DNA of 64,000 bases from positions 79,633 to 143,632 of the forward strand of contig CAIRHC010000006.1 in assembly GCA_903878275.1 (NCBI GenBank), in the 5' to 3' direction. How positions within the stretch are numbered: position 1 is the first letter of the stretch; every line of letters begins with the position of its first letter. Positions 57,116 to 64,000 of this stretch are shown piece by piece. This DNA comes from Candidatus Vogelbacteria bacterium. GTDB taxonomy: Bacteria > Patescibacteriota > Minisyncoccia > Phycocordibacterales > XYD1-FULL-46-19. The position numbers and the translations under genes were made by a program. The notes under the pieces were generated by a model. That model did not search any database. It was not told the DNA's origin and worked only from the letters and a program-made list of their open reading frames with translations.

Positions 57116-58141
57116 TCAACCTTTAAGCCTCGCGATCTCCGCTTGAGCCGAGGCCAATTCTTCTTCCGCTTGGCGAATCACTCTCAAACGATCATGTTCG
57201 CGCTTCACCACACCCTGTCGCATCAGAAACAAGGCCGCCGATGAATCAGCGAGGCACGCTTCATCGAGATTTTTCACCAGCCGATCCTTTTTCGAATAGC
57301 AATCATAGAATCGATCCAGTCTTGCACGCAAGGCAATCTCCAAAAGTTTGGCCAGACAATCCTCATCAAGATTAAGAATCTCAGGATTGAGAATGTCGAG
57401 CCGATCAAGGAAAGCAAGCACCTCGATCATCCACAGTTTAGCTGAGTCCACCCATGTTCGTATCTCGGTGTTTTGAGCACTGACTTCCTCCGGATTCACC
57501 CAATTTTCGATCCTCTGTTCTCGCCAGCCAAAGAGAAAAACAGCTAGATCCAAGAGAAAAATGATTGCCTGCTTTTCAAAATGGAGCCTTTCTCGACGAT
57601 CACTCAAATTACGAATGACAATTCTCCTCCCGCAATACAAGCCTTCTTCTGGCCGAAAGAAATGTTGTATTGCCGGAAAGAGCACTCGGTAGTTGATCAA
57701 GAAAAAATGGAGTTTAACGAACCTATTCCCTCGACAAGACCCATCCATTTCTTCTGGTCGAAAGAAGTGCTGGCACAACATCTCAAAAGCCTTACGGGCC
57801 AAGATCTGTCGTAATTCGGCCGACGTTTTTTGAATACCATAATTTACGATACGGTAATCAGCGGAAACTCGCAACAACATAGAACTCACCCAACCGTCGG
57901 CAATCTTGAAGTAGAATGTCAGCCGATCAACTGACTGAAATCCCCAAATGTCGTGTTGCTCCTGGTCGAAGCTAGAGACATTAAAGCCGGCGTGAAGCAA
58001 ACCTAACATCTCTTCCAACGTCACGGCCACTTGCCATCTCTCGAGAAATTCGTGCCAATTACGGATTGGGCGAATCTCCCGCGAAAATAAATCGTGAATC
58101 TCCGGCGCCGTTTTTTCTTTGCCTTCTGTTTTTGTTGTCAT
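57116..58141 (-). CDS. Hypothetical protein (GC-elevated ORFan with an internal ...FFRPEE... duplication)
   Basis: Start chosen at MTTKTEG, which is preceded by AAGGAG-N8; C-terminal coiled coil; about 100-bp internal direct repeat. Confidence 0.45.
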   Translation of the reverse strand: MTTKTEGKEKTAPEIHDLFSREIRPIRNWHEFLERWQVAVTLEEMLGLLHAGFNVSSFDQEQHDIWGFQSVDRLTFYFKIADGWVSSMLLRVSADYRIVNYGIQKTSAELRQILARKAFEMLCQHFFRPEEMDGSCRGNRFVKLHFFLINYRVLFPAIQHFFRPEEGLYCGRRIVIRNLSDRRERLHFEKQAIIFLLDLAVFLFGWREQRIENWVNPEEVSAQNTEIRTWVDSAKLWMIEVLAFLDRLDILNPEILNLDEDCLAKLLEIALRARLDRFYDCYSKKDRLVKNLDEACLADSSAALFLMRQGVVKREHDRLRVIRQAEEELASAQAEIARLKG

Positions 58142-58286
58142 GGTACAATCTCCTTTGTTTGGGTTATGCCCCGCGCTGTGGCGAGACGATACGATATCCA
58201 CTTTAAATGTAGGCTTTTAAAAGCCAAAGTCAAATTTAGAATTCGACTTATTGGCTTTTTTGTTGTAAATTATAGTCATTAAAACT

Positions 58287-58793
58287 ATGGTAAAAATTGT
58301 TCAAAAAGACAACGAGATATTAAGAGAGAAAGCCAAGGAGCTAAAGCTCTCGGATATTGGTGGTAAAAAAATTGCCAAAATCTTAAAAGATATGAGTTCC
58401 GCTCTCGCCAAAGAAGACGACGGTGTCGCCTTGGCAGCACCGCAAATTGCCGTCCCACTTCGCATCTTTATTGTCGCGGGCAAGATTTTTTCTAAAGAAG
58501 GCGAAGTGCCGAAACCCGACCTAGTTTTTATCAACCCAAAAATTACCGCTCTGTCTAAAACAAAAATTGGACTGGAAGAAGGTTGCTTATCTGTCCGCTG
58601 GTTTTATGGCACAGTCAAAAGATCCGACAAAGCCACCGTGGAAGCTTACGACGAAACTGGCAAAAAATTCACCCGTTCCGGCTCTGGTCTGATGGCACAA
58701 ATTTTCCAACACGAAACAGACCATCTAGATGGCATTCTGTTTATCGACAAAACTAAAAAAGTTGAAGAGTACAAACCAGAGCCTAAAAAATAA
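58287..58793 (+). CDS. def: Peptide deformylase
   Basis: Motifs G.ALAAPQ, EGCLS, QHETDHLDG. Confidence 0.85.
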   Translation: MVKIVQKDNEILREKAKELKLSDIGGKKIAKILKDMSSALAKEDDGVALAAPQIAVPLRIFIVAGKIFSKEGEVPKPDLVFINPKITALSKTKIGLEEGCLSVRWFYGTVKRSDKATVEAYDETGKKFTRSGSGLMAQIFQHETDHLDGILFIDKTKKVEEYKPEPKK

Positions 58794-58834
58794 CCCCACT
58801 GCAAGGTTTAACCTTGCAGTGGGGTTATTTTTTT
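58794..58834 (+). terminator. Rho-independent terminator after def (ccccactgcaaggtt-taa-ccttgcagtgggg + T8)
   Basis: 14-bp stem followed by TTATTTTTTTG. Confidence 0.7.
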
Positions 58835-58879
58835 GTTCGTCACTGAATGACGAACAAAGTGACGAACAAAAGAGATTTA

Positions 58880-58919
58880 GTTAAATAAAATCCCTTGGAC
58901 CACGATGGATCCAAGGGAT
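58880..58919 (-). terminator. Rho-independent terminator for the minus-strand ORFan (atcccttgga...tccaagggat + T-run)
   Basis: 10-bp perfect stem; on the minus strand it is followed by TTTTATTTAA. Confidence 0.55.
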
Positions 58920-58951
58920 TAAGAGTAAAAGTATCTCAAAAAAAACAGATA

Positions 58952-59680
58952 CTAAGCCACCGAGGTCTGCTGCGGGAACACAAACCGGTAACGGATCCCC
59001 AGAGGACAAACACAGCTACCCGACAGGTGGTCCAAGCACGCCGAGAACGAACCACCGCTAGTCCGGCGCACGTCCCCGACAAAGAACTCATTACCCACCT
59101 TAAACAAAAAGAATGTTCCGTATGGATGCAACTTGTCAGCGTGCTTCTCAACAAAACTGACAATCTGGTCTTGAGACAGGCACAAATTGTCTAGAACGAC
59201 ACCAAAAGCGCCGAAAATCTTATTAAACATACCGTCTTTGACCTGCTCGAAAATTTCGAACAGTGTTTCGGGTTTTGCTTCTCCCTCAACATCCGTTCCA
59301 TACCTTTCGAAATTGAGGTCGAAGTAGATAACAAACAGTTCTTTCATTTTGGCCAGTGTTCGCTTGCCACTTGTGGCAGCAAGTTTACCATCCGCAATTT
59401 TGCGGAGATATGGATTTTGGAACTTTTCCCAACAGAGTTTTCCATCGAGAAATTTTATGAACTCCTCAGCAACATCCTTTTTACCGCCAAAAACTATTTC
59501 TTCAATGGTTGGAATTAGTTTGCGCCGAATTTCCTCAGGCAAAAGAATTACGACTTGAAGAAATTCTTTCCATTCATCTCCTTTTTCGCCACCAAGACGA
59601 TCCAGGATTTCTTTGAACAATCCGCTAGTATCTTTCACCAGCAGACCATTACCGCCGACCGCGAGTTTATCATCACCCAT
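58952..59680 (-). CDS. Hypothetical protein (GC-elevated ORFan inserted between def and fmt)
   Basis: 242-aa ORF on the opposite strand to def and fmt; has its own terminator; no recognised domain. Confidence 0.45.
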   Translation of the reverse strand: MGDDKLAVGGNGLLVKDTSGLFKEILDRLGGEKGDEWKEFLQVVILLPEEIRRKLIPTIEEIVFGGKKDVAEEFIKFLDGKLCWEKFQNPYLRKIADGKLAATSGKRTLAKMKELFVIYFDLNFERYGTDVEGEAKPETLFEIFEQVKDGMFNKIFGAFGVVLDNLCLSQDQIVSFVEKHADKLHPYGTFFLFKVGNEFFVGDVRRTSGGSFSACLDHLSGSCVCPLGIRYRFVFPQQTSVA

Positions 59681-59808
59681 AGTCAGCCTCCTTTCTTTTT
59701 TTAAACATCTTAGACTTTAAGCTAAAAACCCATGTTTCAAGCCTTCGTCCACCTTTTTTAATTATACCACAATTTGGCTTTTTATGCAATACGTGCTAGA
59801 ATGACTTT

Positions 59809-60732
59809 ATGAATAAAGCTACTTTTGCCTTTTTTGGAACAGACGAATTTAGTGTTGTCGTTTTAAATACTTTAAAAAACCTAGGGTTTGTTCCCTCTTT
59901 TATTATCACTACACCAGACCAGCCAAAGGGGCGAAAAATGATTTTGACTCCCCCGCCGGTCAAGGTTTGGGCGGAAGAAAATAAAATTAAAATAATCCAG
60001 CCAACTAGTTTAAAAAATATTGACGAGCAATCAAGGCACGCCCTTGATGGTCTTAATGATCAAGGACTCCCCTTGATATTTTTGGTTGCTTCTTATGGCA
60101 AAATCATTCCGAAAAATATTTTAGATATTCCAACTCACGGCACACTAAATATCCACCCATCACTTCTGCCAAAATATCGCGGGGCTTCACCACTAGAAAC
60201 AGCGATTTTGTCTGGCGATACCGAAACCGGCGTGACAATTATAAAGCTCGATGAAGAAATGGATCACGGACCAATTTTGATTCAAGAATCCCTCGACTTG
60301 TGCTCGGGACAAGAAAACAATCCTCACCACCAAGGGTTGGGACAAGGTATTCCCTTATACAATTTTGAACAGTTGCGTGATAATTTGGCAACGCTTGGCG
60401 CGGAAATTTTAGTAAAGATTTTGCCTGATTATTTGGACGAAAAAATTAAGCTTCAAGAACAAAATCATCACGAGGCGACTTTTACCAAAAAACTGACCAA
60501 AGAAGACGGTTATTTAAAACCAGAAGATTCGACCGAAACAAATTACCGCAAAATTCTCGCCCTGAATCCGTGGCCGGGTGCCTTTACTTTTTATGAAAAC
60601 GGCGATCAGAAAATTCGCTTAATAATAAAACAAGCTCACCTTGATGATGGCAAGCTTGTTTTTGACCGCGTCGTCCCCGAAGGACGAAATGAAATGAACT
60701 GGTCAGAATTTCTTAACGGTCTAAAGAAATAA
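59809..60732 (+). CDS. fmt: Methionyl-tRNA formyltransferase
   Basis: Formyl-transferase N-domain (...HGTLNIHPSLLPKYRGASPLE...) plus C-terminal domain. Confidence 0.85.
   Translation: MNKATFAFFGTDEFSVVVLNTLKNLGFVPSFIITTPDQPKGRKMILTPPPVKVWAEENKIKIIQPTSLKNIDEQSRHALDGLNDQGLPLIFLVASYGKIIPKNILDIPTHGTLNIHPSLLPKYRGASPLETAILSGDTETGVTIIKLDEEMDHGPILIQESLDLCSGQENNPHHQGLGQGIPLYNFEQLRDNLATLGAEILVKILPDYLDEKIKLQEQNHHEATFTKKLTKEDGYLKPEDSTETNYRKILALNPWPGAFTFYENGDQKIRLIIKQAHLDDGKLVFDRVVPEGRNEMNWSEFLNGLKK
60052..60083. repeat. Copy 3 of the 28-bp palindromic dispersed repeat, in-frame inside fmt
   Basis: cttaatgatcaaggactccccttgatattttt encodes ...LNDQGLPLIFL...; also flanked by a local cccttgat duplication. 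Confidence 0.7.
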
Positions 60733-61116
60733 ATCTATTCGATTCTTATTTTTACGATTGTATAAACCCTTCACAAAATCTTTGACCGCTCGCCCACTGC
60801 GACGAATCAAAGTATTTTTACGCTTCAAATAAGACACGAGCACTTCCTCCATTTTATCTTTCGCCAGATCAATCGCCGAGTACAGATCGGCGTCGTCCAC
60901 CACTTCCCGAAAAGTTTTGCCATCCATATGCAAATTTATTTCGGCAAAGAAAAAATCACCACCTTTGTGATGCTTGGTCGTTTTACCAACTTCGACATTC
61001 GCCATCACATCACCAAAATTTGCGGTCAATTTATCCAAGTGAGCCAGCTTGGAATCGACATAACTGCTAATCGCCGGAGTCAAACCAATAGATGTTGCCT
61101 TGATGTTTGTTTTCAT
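60721..61116 (-). CDS. hpf: Ribosome hibernation-promoting factor / RaiA (short form)
   Basis: MKTNIKATSIGLTPAISSYVDSKL...FFAEINLHMDGKTF...; overlaps the fmt 3' end by 12 nt in convergent orientation. Confidence 0.75.
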   Translation of the reverse strand: MKTNIKATSIGLTPAISSYVDSKLAHLDKLTANFGDVMANVEVGKTTKHHKGGDFFFAEINLHMDGKTFREVVDDADLYSAIDLAKDKMEEVLVSYLKRKNTLIRRSGRAVKDFVKGLYNRKNKNRIDLFL

Positions 61117-61271
61117 AGTGTTTATTTATTTAAACTAATAATCTTGGCTATTAATACCCTAATATTAGCATATACGAAAAAACAAGCTAGATTGGTGCAA
61201 ACACCACCGGTCGAATTTTGCTCAACAAAATTCGGCAGGATAAATCAGCTAAATATCACCTAACGCTAAAA

Positions 61272-62249
61272 TTACTTTGAAGGACAGTACCCAATAGCAG
61301 TGTCATTTTCGTATTGTGTTCCGGAACCGTCAGCATTCATTTCACAACGAACAGGATAATTCCAACCACCCGAGCAGGCAGAGGAAACTTTTGAAGGAAT
61401 TAACAAGGAGGAGTGACCATCTATTAATAAAGTACCTTCTGGTAAAGGGGTATAGCCATAGCTAATATGAAAAGTGCCACCAGATCCATCCGCCTGAATA
61501 GGACCACAACTAGTTTTTAGACATTGCCCCGTACCAAACGATTTACTCGTCATACCAAAACTCGCACTGCTAGGAGTATAGCCACAAACCATACCCTTAT
61601 TAAAATTCCAGCCGTGGGCTATTGCAATTGCATCTACATTTGTATTATTCAAACAACTGAATCTTTCCACCGCCATAGAGCCGTCATCAGAACATTTTGG
61701 ACGAAAAAGATATTCCCCGTTTGCACTACAACTGCTACTAGTTAATGTAGTTTTACCATTTTGGTCGCTAAACCAGACACAGGATGGAGTAGTAAGTCCA
61801 AGGAAATCCTCATCACCAGCCCCCAAACACTGCAAACATCCACCCACACAAATATGGGCACTCGTATCACATTTCTTAGGAGCATTACAGTCAGCATCAC
61901 TATTACATCCCGGAATACATTGATGAGCAACGCAACGATTATTAAGTGGACACTCACTATCGTTTCGACATCCGGGTTTACAATTATGGAAAGCGCCACT
62001 GGCAGTTGTATCACAATAGTCACCAGGGCTACAATCGGCATCACTCTGACAACCCAAAGTTGAGAGAGATACGCAGTAACCAGCACTCGAACACCTTTCT
62101 GACGGCGCACAATCGGCACTACTAGAGCAATTTACAACCGGGAGAGCTTCAACTCTACCAACCGAAAGCACGGAAAAAATAACCATCCCGAATATTAAAA
62201 TAAATAATTTTCTTTTCATAAGTTTTTTGTTTATTATTTTTAAAACCAT
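61272..62249 (-). CDS. Secreted cysteine-rich protein (four C-x-[SN]D[AS][DE]C-x-P-x3-C modules near the N-terminus)
   Basis: Signal peptide, then CSSSADCAPSERC / CQSDADCSPGDYC / CRNDSECPLNNRC / CNSDADCNAPKKC; about 11% Cys. Confidence 0.5.
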   Translation of the reverse strand: MVLKIINKKLMKRKLFILIFGMVIFSVLSVGRVEALPVVNCSSSADCAPSERCSSAGYCVSLSTLGCQSDADCSPGDYCDTTASGAFHNCKPGCRNDSECPLNNRCVAHQCIPGCNSDADCNAPKKCDTSAHICVGGCLQCLGAGDEDFLGLTTPSCVWFSDQNGKTTLTSSSCSANGEYLFRPKCSDDGSMAVERFSCLNNTNVDAIAIAHGWNFNKGMVCGYTPSSASFGMTSKSFGTGQCLKTSCGPIQADGSGGTFHISYGYTPLPEGTLLIDGHSSLLIPSKVSSACSGGWNYPVRCEMNADGSGTQYENDTAIGYCPSK

Positions 62250-62252
62250 TTT

Positions 62253-63377
62253 TTAATTTGCTGTCGAACACCAACCTTTCTTTAAACAATTATCAACCAT
62301 TTGATTCACCGTACCAGCACAATATCGTCCGTTGTTAGCCAATCCTTGTGGACACCAAAAAGCACTATGGCCAGAAGTAGCGGAATCAGCAACGGAGCAA
62401 AATAAATTACCATTATTAGGTGAAGTTATCATTTCACCAGCAGAGTAACATCGCCCAGCAGAGTAACATTCTGAAGTTTTAGCACAACAACCAAAAGAGG
62501 TGTTGCCCCAAAGAGAACTATTCGGATCAGCCCCCGGCTGGAAACCAAGTCTTTCGCCAACAACCTTTTTACCAAACCGATAGACACAATGCTCAACACT
62601 TCCTGGAGCTTTGTATTTTAATGCCCAACCCAACCGATCTTTCAAAAATTTCTGATAACCAATTAATTTCATATTGTACCAAGTCGGGGTTGGGGTGGTA
62701 GAAGTGAGAAAACTGGTAATAGCTTGTCGGCAATTGTTATTCCAGTTGTGGCTTAACGGCATACCGAGATCAGTTAAAATTTGATTGCAGTATGTAGTAA
62801 TTTTAGTTTTGCTAATTGAAAAAGCATCTGGATCAGTATTTATCGGATATTTCAGATTCACTTGACCGGTCGTGCCAGTAGACATCACTTGATTGCCAGA
62901 AACAAAATCAAACGACGCCTTGCGACAAGACAATTCGTCAGCAAATCCAGCTTGTCGAGAATAACGGTAACAAAAATTGGCACAAGAAGAAATCAGACGC
63001 TGGTTTCCGATATTGGCATTAATGGGATCAAATATATTAGTAGAGAATGTTTGGTACTCTGTATCATAAATAGCCACCGGCCAGCTACAAGAAAAACGCC
63101 ACCAGGCTTTGTAGCAAGTTAGCTTGTTAGTCGAATTGGCACAGGCGTCGACAATAACCGCCGGATCAGGAATTAGGTTGACATAAGGACCACCAGGCGG
63201 AGTGGCTTTAGCGACGACGACAATCCCGCCAACTTGATTATTAAACAACTGGGCAACTTTTTGCTGTAAAATAGAAAGTCTTTTTTCGAGCTGGCTTAAG
63301 GTCGAGGCTTGAGAAAAAATAGGGAGCAACACAAAAAGCACCGCCATCACAGCTATTAGATATTTTTGTTTAGGCAT
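62253..63377 (-). CDS. Secreted Cys-rich hypothetical protein
   Basis: Signal peptide MPKQKYLIAVMAVLFVLLPIFSQA; many paired Cys; 3-nt gap to the downstream Cys-rich gene. Confidence 0.5.
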   Translation of the reverse strand: MPKQKYLIAVMAVLFVLLPIFSQASTLSQLEKRLSILQQKVAQLFNNQVGGIVVVAKATPPGGPYVNLIPDPAVIVDACANSTNKLTCYKAWWRFSCSWPVAIYDTEYQTFSTNIFDPINANIGNQRLISSCANFCYRYSRQAGFADELSCRKASFDFVSGNQVMSTGTTGQVNLKYPINTDPDAFSISKTKITTYCNQILTDLGMPLSHNWNNNCRQAITSFLTSTTPTPTWYNMKLIGYQKFLKDRLGWALKYKAPGSVEHCVYRFGKKVVGERLGFQPGADPNSSLWGNTSFGCCAKTSECYSAGRCYSAGEMITSPNNGNLFCSVADSATSGHSAFWCPQGLANNGRYCAGTVNQMVDNCLKKGWCSTAN

Positions 63378-63422
63378 AAAAAATAATTAACTAATAATTA
63401 ATAATAAAACTCTTTCATTTTA

Positions 63423-63449
63423 TTATACCACTAAACACCCCCCCCCCCC
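63423..63449 (-). promoter_or_regulatory. Extended -10 promoter (TGgTATAAT) with an 11-nt homopolymeric G tract (C11 on the plus strand) in the -35/spacer region
   Basis: Minus strand reads G11-tgtttag-TGG-TATAAT, about 45 nt upstream of the ATG of the 62253-63377 gene. Confidence 0.45.
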
Positions 63450-63687
63450 GGTATAGTTTAGTTATCCACAGTGAATATCTTATGCGGATGATGATGACCG
63501 GAAATTAATCGGACTTGGGATTCGGGACAAGAAAAAAACTCGGCGAGAATTTACTTGACGCGATTATTCGCCAAATTATTTTCCGCCGGCTCACGGACCA
63601 AAACTGCCAAAGTATCCACCTTCAATTTTTTAATTGACTCGGTCTTGGCTTTCGGGGTGACTTTCACCTTTACGTACATTTTTAAAT

Positions 63688-64000
63688 TTAAACTTTTTCC
63701 ACAAAAATCATATTGGTCGAGCCCGGTTGGTTTAGAGGAAAACCAGCAATAATTACCAGTTTATCGCCAAGCTTTGCCATTTTTTTCTCCAGCAAAATTT
63801 CCCGCGATTGATTGAGGACAATTTCCAAAGTATCAAAGTGATCGTCTAAAATTGGAATGCAACCAAAACTTAAAGAAAGTTGATTGTAAGTCTTTTTGTT
63901 TGGCGTAAAAACTACCAGCGGTTTTTGTGGCTTGTAACGAGAAATCATTCGCGCCGTAAAACCCGAACTGCTCAATGCCACAATTGCCGTCGCACCAATC
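63688..64000 (-). CDS. pyk: Pyruvate kinase, C-terminal portion (gene continues beyond the window)
   Basis: C-terminal alpha/beta domain ...GDKLVIIAGFP...GSTNMIFVEKV. Confidence 0.55.
   Translation of the reverse strand, partial: IGATAIVALSSSGFTARMISRYKPQKPLVVFTPNKKTYNQLSLSFGCIPILDDHFDTLEIVLNQSREILLEKKMAKLGDKLVIIAGFPLNQPGSTNMIFVEKV

Noticed and set aside
58870-59110. GC-rich (>50%) stretch with a plus-strand ORF (58895-59194) that could be a structured ncRNA
   Set aside because: It is the 3' coding end of the minus-strand ORFan plus its terminator hairpin (58880-58919). The plus-strand ORF is an antisense shadow, and no RNA family motif was recognised.
60721-60732. The 12-nt convergent overlap of fmt and hpf as evidence of a mis-called gene
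   Set aside because: Both proteins align to their families to the very end. Short convergent overlaps are common in compact genomes.

Overview
This is a low-GC, gene-dense bacterial window with very short intergenic spacers. About 71 protein genes are supportable, plus one tRNA-Glu(CUC); there are no rRNA genes and no CRISPR array. The gene content suggests, by inference only, a reduced-genome Patescibacteria/CPR-like organism: CPR-style type IV pilins, several 'four-helix-bundle' (23S rRNA IVS-type) genes, and many secreted Cys-rich ORFans. Housekeeping genes recognisable from the protein sequences are rplI, cysS, dnaB, recR, rplU, rmuC, mraZ-rsmH-ftsL-ftsI-murF, lysS, greA, mrdA-mreD-mreC-mreB, proS, rseP, frr, a delta'-like clamp-loader subunit, a second mreB paralog, murA, a PriA-like protein, def, fmt, hpf and the 3' end of pyk. 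Accessory content has five parts. (1) A HepT/MntA (HEPN/nucleotidyltransferase) toxin-antitoxin cassette is inserted into the 5' end of rplI, leaving a 74-bp perfect direct repeat and a 34-codon rplI remnant. (2) A roughly 10-kb minus-strand type IV pilus locus carries a receiver protein, PilB, PilC, four pseudopilins, a 924-aa adhesin with four IPT/TIG repeats, two interspersed four-helix-bundle genes and three tandem pilin paralogs. Next to it lies a hemerythrin / PAS / sensor kinase / 2x receiver signalling module. (3) A tight four-gene operon (50405-55076) encodes uncharacterised surface proteins. (4) Two secreted Cys-rich proteins sit behind a promoter holding an 11-nt homopolymeric C/G tract between the -35 region and an extended -10, a candidate phase-variation switch. 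(5) GC-elevated ORFans split the normally adjacent def and fmt genes. Also notable are a 28-bp palindromic dispersed repeat present three times (once in-frame inside fmt), a PriA homolog whose helicase motifs I-III are degenerate, and a GT2 glycosyltransferase fused to a sphingomyelin-synthase-like PAP2 domain.
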